DNA of 64,000 nt from an uncultured Anaerolineales bacterium. GTDB taxonomy: Bacteria; Chloroflexota; Anaerolineae; B4-G1. Below the pieces are notes generated by a model. It was not told where the DNA came from. It searched no databases and saw nothing but the letters and a program-made list of their open reading frames with translations. The position numbers and the translations under genes are program-made. The stretch spans positions 510 to 64,509 of the forward strand of contig CAZKDJ010000003.1 of assembly GCA_964551295.1 (NCBI GenBank). Direction: 5' to 3'. This document shows positions 45,632 through 56,151 of the stretch, in pieces (the stretch's first letter is position 1; each line of letters begins with the position of its first letter).

Positions 45632-47071
45632 GTGCGACGTGGTTCAAAGCGCATAGGTCGTCGTTCCGGTAGTGTTGCCCAAAAGCTGTCCACGGCTTTT
45701 TTGGTGCTGCTCTTTTTGGCCATTGTCATTGTGGCGGGCTTGCTCGTCCGTGACGTGGTGCGGCGCTCTGTCGCTGCCTCCAATACGTGGCCCGATCTGG
45801 TCACGGAGCCTGACGAACATCGCGAGGTCGTCTACGAGGAGGGAAAGCCTCTGCCACAGTGGAAGGGCACCGATCGGGTCAATATTCTGGTGATGGGCAT
45901 CGACCAGCGCGAGCACGAGGAAGGCCCCTGGCGCACCGATACGATGCTGGTGCTGACAATCGACCCGGTCACGCTGAACGCCGGCATGCTCTCTATCCCC
46001 CGTGACCTGTGGGTGCCGATTGCCGACTATAATGAGCAGGCGCGCATCAACCAGGCGCATTTCTTGGGCGAGGCCTATGACTATCCAGGCGGCGGCCCGG
46101 CGCTGGCGGCCAAGACGGTGCAGTACAACCTGGGCGTCCACATTCATCACTACGCCCGCGTGAACTTTACCGCCTTCGAGGAAGTGGTGGATCACATCGG
46201 CGGCGTCGAGGTGTGTGTGGAGCACGAGATCGACGATCCCCTCTATCCCGATGAGGGGTATGGCTACGACCCACTGCACATTGAGGCGGGCTGTCAGACG
46301 TTCGATGGCAAGACAGCGCTCAAGTACGCCCGCACCCGCCACTCGGGTGGCGGCGATTTCGACCGCGCCCGGCGCCAGCAAAAGCTCCTCCGAGCGTTGT
46401 TCGAAAAGGTCACCCAGCCCGGTGAGTTGCCAAGGCTGGCGACCAAGGCCCCAGGACTGTGGGAAACGCTACAGGGCGCGGTGGTTACCGATCTCAAACT
46501 GGACGAGATCGTCGCCCTGGCAAACCTGGCGAGCGAGGTCGATCCTGACAACATTCGCTTTGGCGTGATCGACGAGAACTATACCATGTTCTGGACCACG
46601 CCCGATGGGCAGGAGGTGCTGGTCCCGCTGCGGGATCGCATCCGCGAATTGCGGGATCAGATCTTTACCAGCGAACCTCCTCCGCTCGCGGAGGAGGAGG
46701 ATTCACAGGCCCGCCTGGAGACCGAGGCGGCCACCATCCAGGTGCTGAATGGGACGACGACGCCCGGGCTGGCCGGGAGCACGCAGCTTTACCTGCGAGA
46801 GCACGGCCTGTCGATAGGGGATGAGGCCATCGGCAATGCCGATCATTCCAGTTACGCGACTTCGAAAATCGTCATCTACACGGGCAAGACATACACGGCC
46901 GAGTACATCGCCCGGGTCCTCGGCCTGCCGTCGACGGCTGTGGTGCACGAGCCCAATCCCGGCGCCGAGTACGACGTCGCCGTCATCCTGGGGAGCGATT
47001 ATCAAGCGCCCGAGTCTCCCGAATCGACTGAATCGCCCGAGTCGACCGCGTCACCCGAGACGACCGAGTAG
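45632..47071 (+). CDS. LytR-CpsA-Psr (LCP) family cell-wall glycopolymer transferase
   Basis: TM anchor, an LCP catalytic domain (RTDTMLVLTIDP...SIPRDLWV), a LytR_C-like domain, and a (ESPEST) repeat tail. Confidence 0.85.
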   Translation: MRRGSKRIGRRSGSVAQKLSTAFLVLLFLAIVIVAGLLVRDVVRRSVAASNTWPDLVTEPDEHREVVYEEGKPLPQWKGTDRVNILVMGIDQREHEEGPWRTDTMLVLTIDPVTLNAGMLSIPRDLWVPIADYNEQARINQAHFLGEAYDYPGGGPALAAKTVQYNLGVHIHHYARVNFTAFEEVVDHIGGVEVCVEHEIDDPLYPDEGYGYDPLHIEAGCQTFDGKTALKYARTRHSGGGDFDRARRQQKLLRALFEKVTQPGELPRLATKAPGLWETLQGAVVTDLKLDEIVALANLASEVDPDNIRFGVIDENYTMFWTTPDGQEVLVPLRDRIRELRDQIFTSEPPPLAEEEDSQARLETEAATIQVLNGTTTPGLAGSTQLYLREHGLSIGDEAIGNADHSSYATSKIVIYTGKTYTAEYIARVLGLPSTAVVHEPNPGAEYDVAVILGSDYQAPESPESTESPESTASPETTE

Positions 47072-47081
47072 GGGGTAGCCG

Positions 47082-48224
47082 CTGGCTATCTACCTGGATG
47101 TCTCCGCTGCGGTCCACCGCCGCGCCGGGCTGGGGCGATATGCCGAAAGCCTCACCCGGGCCCTCGTTTCTGCCGATCCCAAGCGGGCTGACCAAGGTCG
47201 GTATGCTCTGTTCTACAACCGGGAGCGCGGCATAGAGCCGCTGGCAGGCTTGGAGTGCTTGCCGGCCCGTACCGTGGCCCTGGGGTACAAGCCCTGGCGC
47301 ATGCTGGTTTGGCTGGGACAACTGGTCCGCGTTGGCTTCGACCGGCTTCTTCCGGGAGCCGAGCTCTTCCACGCCACCGAGCATCTCCTCTTGCCGCTGC
47401 GGTCGATTCCCAACGTCCTCACCATCCACGACCTCATTTTTCGCCACCTGCCGCAACACCACAAGCCCCTCAACCGTTGGTACCTGAATCTGACAATGCC
47501 CCTCTACTGCCGCCGCGCCAACCACATCATCGCCATATCCGAGCACAGCAAGCGTGATGTGATCTCGGCCTACGGCATCGCTGAGGAAAAGATCACGGTG
47601 GTCTATGAGGCCGCTGCCCCTGGCTTTTGCCCGCAGCCTCCGCAGGCGGTGGCCGCCATCCGCGCGCGCTACGGTCTGCCGGAGCGCTATTTGCTCTTTG
47701 TCGGCACCATCGAGCCGCGCAAGAACCTGACTCGCCTGCTGGCGGCCTTCGAGACCGTCTACGGTGATGGGTTGGTCGACGGCTTGGTCGTCGTGGGCCG
47801 GCGCGGCTGGCTGTATGGCGACTTTTTCGCCCGATTGGAGGAATCGCCGGTACGGGAAGCTGTCCTCCTCCCCGGTTACGTACCCGATGACGATCTGCCC
47901 GCTGTTTACGCCGGCGCACAGGCGCTGATCCTGCCCAGCGTTTACGAGGGCTTTGGACTGCCGGTGCTGGAGGCGATGGCCTGTGGGACGCCCGCCGTAG
48001 TTTCCAGCGCATCCAGCATCCCGGAAATTGGCGGCGATGCGGCGCTGTATTTCGACCCCTTGGAGGTAGAGGCGGCGGTCGACGCGATGCGCCGCCTTTT
48101 GGGCGATGATAGCTTGCGGGAAGAGATGCGGGAGCGTGGACTGGCTCAGGCGGCGCGGTTCTCGTGGCAGCGGGCTGCGGCCGAGACACGGGCCGTGTAT
48201 GATGCGGTGATGAAAGACGCATAA
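47082..48224 (+). CDS. glycosyltransferase family 4 (GT-B)
   Basis: EGFGLPVLEAMACGTPAV EX7E motif. The conserved N-terminus (IYLDVSAAVHRRAGLGRY) lies upstream of the first ATG (47250), so a non-canonical start near 47082 is inferred and the coordinate is uncertain. Confidence 0.7.
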   Translation: MAIYLDVSAAVHRRAGLGRYAESLTRALVSADPKRADQGRYALFYNRERGIEPLAGLECLPARTVALGYKPWRMLVWLGQLVRVGFDRLLPGAELFHATEHLLLPLRSIPNVLTIHDLIFRHLPQHHKPLNRWYLNLTMPLYCRRANHIIAISEHSKRDVISAYGIAEEKITVVYEAAAPGFCPQPPQAVAAIRARYGLPERYLLFVGTIEPRKNLTRLLAAFETVYGDGLVDGLVVVGRRGWLYGDFFARLEESPVREAVLLPGYVPDDDLPAVYAGAQALILPSVYEGFGLPVLEAMACGTPAVVSSASSIPEIGGDAALYFDPLEVEAAVDAMRRLLGDDSLREEMRERGLAQAARFSWQRAAAETRAVYDAVMKDA

Positions 48225-48352
48225 CGTATGCCCGCGCAGTTTCGGACGCTGTCCGAAACTGCCAATAGATTCGAGCGAAGCTCGAATCTATCTTGACTTT
48301 TGCACTGCCTGCGGTAAGATATGCCGCGAACGGGTTTTTAGGAGATATCCCT

Positions 48353-49330
48353 ATGAGAATCCTGGTTACAGGTGGCGCTGGTTTTGTCGGTTCTAATCTG
48401 GTGGACGTGTTGATGGCGCAGGAACACGAGGTCACCGTCATCGACAATCTATCTGTGGGCAAGATCAGCAGTATCGAGCACCACCTGGCAAGCGACCGCT
48501 TCCGCTTTGTCAACGACTCGATCCTCAACCTGACCACGCTGGAGCGGCTCGTCCGCCAGGCCGACCTGATCTACCACCTGGCGGCGGTGGTCGGGCCAAA
48601 GTACGTGGTCGAGGACCCGCTGGGCACGATCGTCACCAACGTGCGCGGCACAGAGAACGTGCTGGAGTTGGCTTTCAAGTACTGGGTGCGGTGCGTCGTG
48701 GCCTCCAGCTCCGAGGTGTATGGCAAGTCCACCGCAGTTCCCCTGAGCGAGGACGACGACCGGTTGCTTGGTTCCACGACGGTGAGCCGCTGGTCCTACT
48801 CCGATGCCAAGGCGATTGACGAGTATTTCGCATTTGCCTATGCCAAGAAAGGCCTGCCGGTCACTGCCGTGCGCTACTTTAACGCCTATGGGCCCAGTCT
48901 CGATCCCAGGGGGTACGGGAGCGTCGTCGCCAAGTTCATCACCCAGGCGCTGCACGGGGAACCTCTGACGATCTACGACGATGGCACCCAGACGCGCTGT
49001 TTCACCTACGTAGCGGATACGGTAGAGGGAACGATTCGGGCGGCGACCGTTCGCGAGGCGGTCGGTCGGGTGTTTAACATCGGTTCCAACCGGGAGACCA
49101 GCATCAACGAGCTGGCACAGTTGATTCAGCGGCTGACCGGTTCGGCGTCCGAAATCGTGCACCTGCCCTACGAGACCGCCTACGACGTGGCCTTTGAGGA
49201 GACCCGCCGTCGCGTGCCGGACATCACCCGCGCTCGAGAGGTGCTGGGGTTCGAGGCGCGCACGTCCCTCGAGGAGGGATTGCCGCAGACACTGGCGTGG
49301 TTCCAAAAGACGTCGGAGGAACAGCAGTAG
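48353..49330 (+). CDS. NAD-dependent nucleotide-sugar epimerase/dehydratase (SDR family)
   Basis: GGAGFVGSNLV Rossmann motif and a YxxxK catalytic dyad; AGGAGA RBS. Confidence 0.85.
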   Translation: MRILVTGGAGFVGSNLVDVLMAQEHEVTVIDNLSVGKISSIEHHLASDRFRFVNDSILNLTTLERLVRQADLIYHLAAVVGPKYVVEDPLGTIVTNVRGTENVLELAFKYWVRCVVASSSEVYGKSTAVPLSEDDDRLLGSTTVSRWSYSDAKAIDEYFAFAYAKKGLPVTAVRYFNAYGPSLDPRGYGSVVAKFITQALHGEPLTIYDDGTQTRCFTYVADTVEGTIRAATVREAVGRVFNIGSNRETSINELAQLIQRLTGSASEIVHLPYETAYDVAFEETRRRVPDITRAREVLGFEARTSLEEGLPQTLAWFQKTSEEQQ

Positions 49331-49366
49331 ATGGCGATGGCCGAATGTTTATGAGAGGGTCAAGCG

Positions 49367-52300
49367 ATGAATTCAACTAAGCTTGGTGCATTTTGTGACA
49401 AGGTTCTGGAAATCTGCTGGCTCCTGGCAGTGATCGTGACGCCGCTCTTTTTCAACGTGAATTCGAACAACGTCTTTGAGCGGGACAAGTGGACTACCCT
49501 GCGAACGATTGCGTTGGTGATGGTCGCCGCTTGGTTGGTCAGGATCGTGGAGGAGTGTGTCAGCAATGGAAAGCCGGGGCTGCGTATCACCTGGCGAACG
49601 CCCCTTGTGCTCCCCATCCTGGTGACCATCGCAATCTATCTGGTCAGCACCGTGTTCTCGATTACCCCTTACGTCAGCGTCTTTGGCGGCTATCAGCGGC
49701 TGCGGGGCACCTTCTCCACCCTGTCCTGCGTCGTCATCGCCCTCATCGTCCTGGATCGTTTGCAGACCCGGGAGCAGGTGGATCGGTTCATCACGGTCAT
49801 GATCCTGAACAGCCTGCCGATTGCGCTGTACGGCTTTATCCAGCACAACGGGTTGGATCCCCTGCCGTGGGGTGGAGATGTGACCGGCCGCATCGCTTCC
49901 AATATGGGCAATCCCATCTTTGTCGCCGCCTATATGATCATGGCCGCGATTCCCACGTTGGCGCGCCTGGTGGAGGGCTTCCAGGCGATCCTGACCCACG
50001 AGGATACCGGAGCGGCGGATGTACTACGTGCCGCTGCTTATATTTTCCTGTTCCTGGTTCAGGTGATTTCGATTCTCTATAGTCAAAGCCGTGGGCCTTT
50101 GATGGGCCTCGTGGCCGGGGTCGGTGTGTGGGTGTTTTTGGGGTTACTGTCCCTTCAGCGTAGTGCCCAAAGGGAGCGCCCTTTCCGACCCGTCGAACTC
50201 TGGGGCGATTTGGGGAGCGGGCTGTCGTTCGGGCTCGCCAGCGTGGTTGCGGCAGGTGTAGGCTTTGGACTCTTTTACTACATCGGCAAGGGAATAGACG
50301 CCTTGTGGCTTGGCCGGTTTGCCGAGTTGTCTGGGTGGGCCGGGGTCGTCGGAGGCGGGTTGGCTTTCCTTGCCGTGTGGATGGGGTTCATCATCAACCG
50401 GCGCGGCTGGCGCTGGCTGTGGGCCGGTGTACTGCTGCTGGCGGTCCTTTTCGTCGTCTTTTTCCTGCTGATTAACCTGGTTGATCCAATCCACGACTGG
50501 AGCAAGCAGTTGCCCTGGCTGGGCCGGCTGGGTGACGTGCTGCACAATTCGGGCGGCACCACCGGCAAGGTGCGCGCGTACATCTGGGAGGGGGCGCTTG
50601 AGATGGTCTTGCCGCACGAGCCCATCGAGTTCCCCCCGACGGAGGAAAATCCCGCCTGGCGCCCGGACCCTGTGGGCGGGATATCCGTGATCGGGCCATA
50701 CCTACGGGCATTGGTGGGGCATGGACCCGAGTCCATGTACGTGGCCTACAATCCTTTCTATCCGCCAAGGTTGGGCCACGTCGAGTCACGCACCGCTACT
50801 CCTGATCGCTCGCACAATGAGACGCTGGACATGCTGGTCATCACTGGCCTGCTGGGTCTGGTTGCCTACTTGTGGGTGTTTGGCGCCATCTTTTACTTTG
50901 GCCTGCGTTGGATGGGATTTGTGCCCGACGACTGGCGTCGTATTCTTTTCTTCGCGCTACTTTTGGGTATGGCCGTAGTCGCCGTGATTGTATCCGGGGT
51001 TATTTTAGGTCCCCACTTCTTTGGCCTGGCTATCCCGGTCGGTATGATAGGGGGGGTGTTCATCTATCTCATTGTCTATGGCTTCTCCCTGTATTGGGAG
51101 CCTGAGGCGACGCCCAGCCTCCATCCTCACTTTGGTCTGCTCAGTGGGATCGTGGCCGCCGTGGTGGCGCATTTCATCGAGGTCAACTTTGGTATCGCCA
51201 TCGCTTCCACGCGCACCATACTGTGGACCCTGACGGGGATGCTCGTGGTGATTGGGATGAATCAGATACGCGATCGTGCTATGGAGTCACAGGGGGCGGA
51301 AAACAACGGAGAAAAAAGAAGCAAGAGACGAAAGAAGCGCAGAAAGCGTCGCGTCGCCAGGCGATCGCTGCCGGACTGGGTGGGACCTACTCTGGCAGTG
51401 GGCGCCATCGGTGGCTTTATCCTGGGCACGCTGGCTTTTGACTTTGTCAGTACTAACCCGAATCCAGAGCCGTATAACATCAACGTCTGGGCGATTGTCT
51501 GGCGCGCTTTGACCCTCCGTCCTTACCATGACCAGGCTGTCTCGTACGGCGTGTTTATGATCTTTGCTTTCACCTGGGTGATGAGCGCGGTCGTCTTTAT
51601 CGCCCAGATGGCCAAGCGCGGCGCGTTCCGCAAGCGCGAGTGGGACTGGGCATGGGCAGCGGGCGTGTACTTGGTCGTCTCTCTGGTGATAGGTATTGGA
51701 TTTGCGCTGGTGATGGCCAATCGCCACGTCCTGCTGATCTACTACCAGAGCCAGCTTCACGCGAGAGCCCAGGATCAGACCATGCCGCTGACTCAGGAGG
51801 AGTACCTGGCCGGCGTGGCTGGTTTTGCCGACAGGATCGCGGGTCATATGACCACCTATTATGGCTTTATCGTCTTTGTCCTGATTGCCGGGGGAGTTAG
51901 CCTTTACCTTGGCATGCGGCGACATCCCCAGCAAACCGCCCACGTGTGGGGCGTGGTCACGCTCTGCGTCCTGGTACTCCTGGTCGGTTACATTGCCGTC
52001 GCAACCAACCTACGGCCCATCCAGGCCGACATGATCTATAAAGTGGCTCTGTCCTACGAGAGGGAGAGCTTGCCCGAGACTCTGAAGCTTTACGAACGGG
52101 CCATCGAGCTGGCTCCCAACGAGGATTTCTACTATTTCGAGATGGGACGGGTGTATCTCATGAACTCCCTTTCGCAGGAGATGGGGGCTGATCCGGCCAA
52201 GGCACTCGAGGCGATAGACGCGTTCAACAACGCCCAGCGCATCGCCCCGCTTAATACTGATCACGCCAAGGGCCTGGCCAAGTCTTATCACGTGTGGGCC

Positions 52301-53038
52301 AAGATCGCTGCGGCTTCTGGTGATATGCAGGCGTATGAGGAGCGACTTGAGCAGGCAGAGCACCATTACGACATCGCCACTTCACTCAGCCCCCATAATG
52401 CATTCCTGCGAAACGAGTGGGTCAAGTTCTATCTGGAAGAGGGCAATTTTGAGCGCGCGCGCGAGGTGATCTCCGATTCGCTGGAGATCGACGCCGAGTA
52501 CGATGAGACGTGGCTCCTGCTCGGCGAGCTTCACAGGCTACAGGGGAACCTGGCTGAGGCCGCCGAGGCTTACGAGCGGGCAGTCGAGATCAGACCTCGC
52601 CAGGTGAACATCTGGCAGCTTTTGAACGAAATCTACCTCCGGCTTGAGCGTCCCGCCGACGCCGCCAGGACCTGGGTTGGTCTGGGCGATATGTATGTAA
52701 ATCAAGATGATTTCACCGATGCCATCGAGGCGTACAACCAGGCCCGGGCGCTCGATTCTGACCTGCCCGAGGCGTGGGCCGGCCTTGGAGATGCTTACGC
52801 GGGTATGAACTTGCTCCCCGAGGCAGTCGAGGCCTACGAGCAGGCTTTGGCCCTTGAGGCCACCGATGCGTGGGCGGTTCACCGCGCGCTGGCCGATACC
52901 TACAATCGGATGGGGCAGAGCGGTCCTGCGGTCTCTCATGCCCGGGAGGCGCTGGAATTGGCACCCGAGGAGGAGCAAGCCGACCTGCAGGCGTGGTTGG
53001 CCGAGCTGCAAGCGTCGGCGGAGGGAGTGCTCCCATGA
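49367..53038 (+). CDS. O-antigen ligase (Wzy_C)-family polytopic membrane protein fused to a long C-terminal TPR domain
   Basis: About 12 TM helices, Wzy_C signature RSHNETLDMLVITGLLGL, a polybasic linker (KRSKRRKKRRKRR) and 8 or more TPR repeats. Confidence 0.8.
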   Translation: MNSTKLGAFCDKVLEICWLLAVIVTPLFFNVNSNNVFERDKWTTLRTIALVMVAAWLVRIVEECVSNGKPGLRITWRTPLVLPILVTIAIYLVSTVFSITPYVSVFGGYQRLRGTFSTLSCVVIALIVLDRLQTREQVDRFITVMILNSLPIALYGFIQHNGLDPLPWGGDVTGRIASNMGNPIFVAAYMIMAAIPTLARLVEGFQAILTHEDTGAADVLRAAAYIFLFLVQVISILYSQSRGPLMGLVAGVGVWVFLGLLSLQRSAQRERPFRPVELWGDLGSGLSFGLASVVAAGVGFGLFYYIGKGIDALWLGRFAELSGWAGVVGGGLAFLAVWMGFIINRRGWRWLWAGVLLLAVLFVVFFLLINLVDPIHDWSKQLPWLGRLGDVLHNSGGTTGKVRAYIWEGALEMVLPHEPIEFPPTEENPAWRPDPVGGISVIGPYLRALVGHGPESMYVAYNPFYPPRLGHVESRTATPDRSHNETLDMLVITGLLGLVAYLWVFGAIFYFGLRWMGFVPDDWRRILFFALLLGMAVVAVIVSGVILGPHFFGLAIPVGMIGGVFIYLIVYGFSLYWEPEATPSLHPHFGLLSGIVAAVVAHFIEVNFGIAIASTRTILWTLTGMLVVIGMNQIRDRAMESQGAENNGEKRSKRRKKRRKRRVARRSLPDWVGPTLAVGAIGGFILGTLAFDFVSTNPNPEPYNINVWAIVWRALTLRPYHDQAVSYGVFMIFAFTWVMSAVVFIAQMAKRGAFRKREWDWAWAAGVYLVVSLVIGIGFALVMANRHVLLIYYQSQLHARAQDQTMPLTQEEYLAGVAGFADRIAGHMTTYYGFIVFVLIAGGVSLYLGMRRHPQQTAHVWGVVTLCVLVLLVGYIAVATNLRPIQADMIYKVALSYERESLPETLKLYERAIELAPNEDFYYFEMGRVYLMNSLSQEMGADPAKALEAIDAFNNAQRIAPLNTDHAKGLAKSYHVWAKIAAASGDMQAYEERLEQAEHHYDIATSLSPHNAFLRNEWVKFYLEEGNFERAREVISDSLEIDAEYDETWLLLGELHRLQGNLAEAAEAYERAVEIRPRQVNIWQLLNEIYLRLERPADAARTWVGLGDMYVNQDDFTDAIEAYNQARALDSDLPEAWAGLGDAYAGMNLLPEAVEAYEQALALEATDAWAVHRALADTYNRMGQSGPAVSHAREALELAPEEEQADLQAWLAELQASAEGVLP

Positions 53039-54087
53039 CCGTCTACCTGCTCGTTTTCGCCGGGGCGCTGGTGCTGGCCGTCGCCGCCACGCCCGCTGCG
53101 CGCTGGTTGGCGCCAAGGGCGGGTTTCATCGACCATCCCGACGCCCGTCGCGTCCACAAGCACCCCGTCCCCCGCATGGGCGGGGCTGCTATTTATTTGG
53201 CCGTCATCGTCGCCGCTGTGGTCCTGGGCGAATGGCGAAACTTTAACGAGTTTGGCGCCATCCTCATCGGCGCGACCGCGATGTCGTTCATGGGCCTGGT
53301 CGACGACCGCTGGGGCTTGCGGTGGATGATCAAACTGCTGGCCCAAGTTCTGGCTGCGCTGTTGCTTTACGCTAACGATATCTATGTAGGCGTGTTCAAT
53401 CATCCGGTGCTGAATCTGGCGGTGACGGTGGGGTGGGTGTTCTACGTCACCAATGCGATCAACTATCTCGACAACATGGATGGGCTGTCCAGCGGGATCG
53501 CCGCGATTGCGGCGGCTTTTTTTGCCCTGATGTGCTCCTTCAGCGGGCAGTACCTGGTTGGTGCGCTTTCCATCGCCGTGTTGGCGGCCTGCTTGGGATT
53601 CCTGTTCTACAATCTCAACCCGGCCAGCATCTTTATGGGGGACTCGGGCTCGCAGTTCCTGGGCTTTACGCTGGCTGCCATCGGCATCAAGCTACGCTTT
53701 TCGGATAATTCAGACTTTGTTACCTGGATGGTGCCGGTGCTGGTGTTGGGATTGCCGATCTTTGACGTGACGCTGGTTACTCTTTCGCGCCTGAGACGGC
53801 GAATCAGCCCGGCCACCGCCGGACTCGATCACACGTCCCATCGCCTGGCCGCGGCAGGAATGACCCACCGCGAGGCGGTTTTGACGCTGTACGTCACCGC
53901 GTTTATCTTGGGTTTGCTGGCTACCTTTATCACTCAGGCTTCTGTCACCGAGGGCTACGTCGCGGGGGGGCTCGTCGTCTTGGCCGGGGTGTACGCTTTC
54001 TGGCGACTGGAACGCCCGCCGTTTTTCAAGGCTCAAAGTCCAAAACCCAAACCTCAGGCTTTGCAGCCAAACCAGCCCGCCAACTAA
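53035..54087 (+). CDS. polyprenyl-phosphate N-acetylhexosamine-1-phosphate transferase (WecA/TagO, GT4 MraY-like)
   Basis: VDDRWGL and NAINYLDNMDGL motifs; ATGA overlap with the upstream gene. Confidence 0.85.
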   Translation: MTVYLLVFAGALVLAVAATPAARWLAPRAGFIDHPDARRVHKHPVPRMGGAAIYLAVIVAAVVLGEWRNFNEFGAILIGATAMSFMGLVDDRWGLRWMIKLLAQVLAALLLYANDIYVGVFNHPVLNLAVTVGWVFYVTNAINYLDNMDGLSSGIAAIAAAFFALMCSFSGQYLVGALSIAVLAACLGFLFYNLNPASIFMGDSGSQFLGFTLAAIGIKLRFSDNSDFVTWMVPVLVLGLPIFDVTLVTLSRLRRRISPATAGLDHTSHRLAAAGMTHREAVLTLYVTAFILGLLATFITQASVTEGYVAGGLVVLAGVYAFWRLERPPFFKAQSPKPKPQALQPNQPAN

Positions 54088-54118
54088 CCAACCAACAAAC
54101 CAAACCTAAGGAGTCCTC

Positions 54119-55462
54119 ATGGCCACTTTGCAAGACAAGATCACGGATCTCTCCGCCCATGTCGCCGTCGTCGGCCTGGGCTACGTCGGCCTGCCCCTGG
54201 CGACGGGATTTGCCAAGGCCGGCTTTCGCACCACGGGCATTGACGTGAGTGAGGAAAAGGTGGATGCCATCAACGCCGGCCGGAGCTACATCCCCGACGT
54301 TCTCGACGAGGATATCGCCCCCCACGTTCGGGCAGACCGGCTGGCGGCCACGTTGGACTATGACGCGGTGAACGAGATGGACGCGGTGTTCATCTGCGTC
54401 CCCACGCCCTACGATGCCCAGCGCGCGCCCGACCTCTCCTTCATCGAGGCGGCCAGCGAGTCGATTCGACCGCGCCTGCACGCGGGCCAATTGATCGTGC
54501 TGCAGAGCACGACCTATCCCGGCACCACGGAGGAGGTCGTCCGGCCAATCCTGGAGGAGAGCGGACTCGAGGCGGGTGTGGATTTCCACCTGGCGTTCTC
54601 CCCGGAGCGTATCGATCCCGGCAACACGCAGTGGTCGGCCTACAACACGCCCAAGGTCGTGGGCGGTCTGACGCCGGCGTGTACCCAGTTGGCCACAGAG
54701 TTGCTGTGCCAGATGGGCGCTTCGGTGCACCCGGTCTCTTCCACCCGCGCTGCCGAGCTGACCAAGCTGCTGGAGAACACCTTCCGCGCCGTCAACATCG
54801 CCCTGGTCAACGAGCTGGCCCTGCTCTCGGAGCGCATGGGGATTGACTTTTGGGAGGTGGTCGAGGCGGCCAAGACCAAGCCGTTTGGGTTTATGCCGTT
54901 CTATCCGGGGCCCGGGGTGGGCGGGCATTGCATCCCCATTGACCCCTATTACCTATCGTGGAAGGCACGCGAGTATGACTACTATACCGAGTTCATTGAG
55001 CTGGCCGGCGAGGTCAACCAGGCGATGACGTATCACGTCGTGGATCTGGCCAGCCACGCGCTTTCTCAGCAGGGCAAGCCGCTAAACGGGGCGCGCGTGC
55101 TGGTGCTGGGAGTGGCTTTCAAGCGTGACATCGACGACGCGCGCAATTCCCCCGCCGAGCGCGTGATCGAGCTGCTGCTGAGCCGGGGCGCGCAGGTTGC
55201 CTATCACGACCCCTACGTGCCGCGCTTCCGGGTCGGGGGGGACGTGTTTCATCGCGAAAAAGTCAACCTCGAGTCGGTAGAGCTGACCGAAGAAGCGCTC
55301 GCCGCCGCCGATTGCGTCATCATCGTCACCGACCACCGCAGCGTGGACTATGAACGCGTGGTGAAACACGCCCGGTTGATCGTGGACACGCGCAACACCA
55401 CCGCCGGTGTGACCGGCTACGAGGAAAAGATCGTGCGCCTGGGCGCGCCGCTCTCCAGCTAG
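54119..55462 (+). CDS. UDP-sugar (UDP-ManNAc/UDP-Glc) 6-dehydrogenase family
   Basis: N-terminal Rossmann VVGLGYVGLP; catalytic Cys in GGHCIP. Confidence 0.9.
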   Translation: MATLQDKITDLSAHVAVVGLGYVGLPLATGFAKAGFRTTGIDVSEEKVDAINAGRSYIPDVLDEDIAPHVRADRLAATLDYDAVNEMDAVFICVPTPYDAQRAPDLSFIEAASESIRPRLHAGQLIVLQSTTYPGTTEEVVRPILEESGLEAGVDFHLAFSPERIDPGNTQWSAYNTPKVVGGLTPACTQLATELLCQMGASVHPVSSTRAAELTKLLENTFRAVNIALVNELALLSERMGIDFWEVVEAAKTKPFGFMPFYPGPGVGGHCIPIDPYYLSWKAREYDYYTEFIELAGEVNQAMTYHVVDLASHALSQQGKPLNGARVLVLGVAFKRDIDDARNSPAERVIELLLSRGAQVAYHDPYVPRFRVGGDVFHREKVNLESVELTEEALAAADCVIIVTDHRSVDYERVVKHARLIVDTRNTTAGVTGYEEKIVRLGAPLSS

Positions 55463-55463
55463 G

Positions 55464-56069
55464 ATGCCAGAGGAATCTTTGACTGACGGCCAAGCGGCCG
55501 CTACCGAGGTACCCCCGCCGCCGCCGACCCGGCGACTAAGGGTCGTCCAGACCTTGACCGTCGTCACAGCCGTCGTCGCGCTGGCCGCTGCCTACTATTT
55601 CAAGGATCACATCCAGGAGCTAAAGCCGTACGGTTACGCCGCCGTCTTTCTGGCGGGGTTGATCAGCAATGCCACCGTGATCCTGCCGGTACCCGGGTTA
55701 GCCATCACCGCGGTGATGGCCGGCATCCTCAATCCGTGGATCGTGGGCCTGGTCGGCGGCGCGGCGCAGGCCCTGGGTGAGTTGACCGGTTACATGGCCG
55801 GATACAGCAGCCAGACCTGGGTGGATGAAAATCTCACCTACGATCGCTTGGCCAGGTGGATGCAGCGGCGTGGCCTGCTGACGATCGCCGTGTTGGCCGC
55901 CATACCCAACCCTGCCTTCGACGTGGCCGGCATCGCCGCCGGCGCGTTGCGCTTGCCGGTATGGAAATTTCTGGCCGGCTGTGCCATCGGTGGGGTGATC
56001 AAGAACACCGTCTTTGCCCTGGCCGGCTACTATGGGATCGGGGCGCTGTCCAATCTGTTCGGCGGTTGA
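55464..56069 (+). CDS. DedA/VTT-domain membrane protein
   Basis: YAAVFLAGLISNATVILPVPG VTT signature. Confidence 0.7.
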   Translation: MPEESLTDGQAAATEVPPPPPTRRLRVVQTLTVVTAVVALAAAYYFKDHIQELKPYGYAAVFLAGLISNATVILPVPGLAITAVMAGILNPWIVGLVGGAAQALGELTGYMAGYSSQTWVDENLTYDRLARWMQRRGLLTIAVLAAIPNPAFDVAGIAAGALRLPVWKFLAGCAIGGVIKNTVFALAGYYGIGALSNLFGG

Positions 56070-56151
56070 TGCGACTTCTTTGGGCCGACGAAACACGAAC
56101 GCCACCGATCGCACGATCGGTGGCGTTCGCTTGTTGTACTGAGGGGGCAGC

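Noticed and set aside
48244-48300. possible additional REP element
   Set aside because: The hairpins GTTTCGGACgctGTCCGAAAC and AGATTCGAGCgaaGCTCGAATCT follow the GT4 stop and function adequately as a terminator; resemblance to the REP core is limited to GGAC/GTCC.
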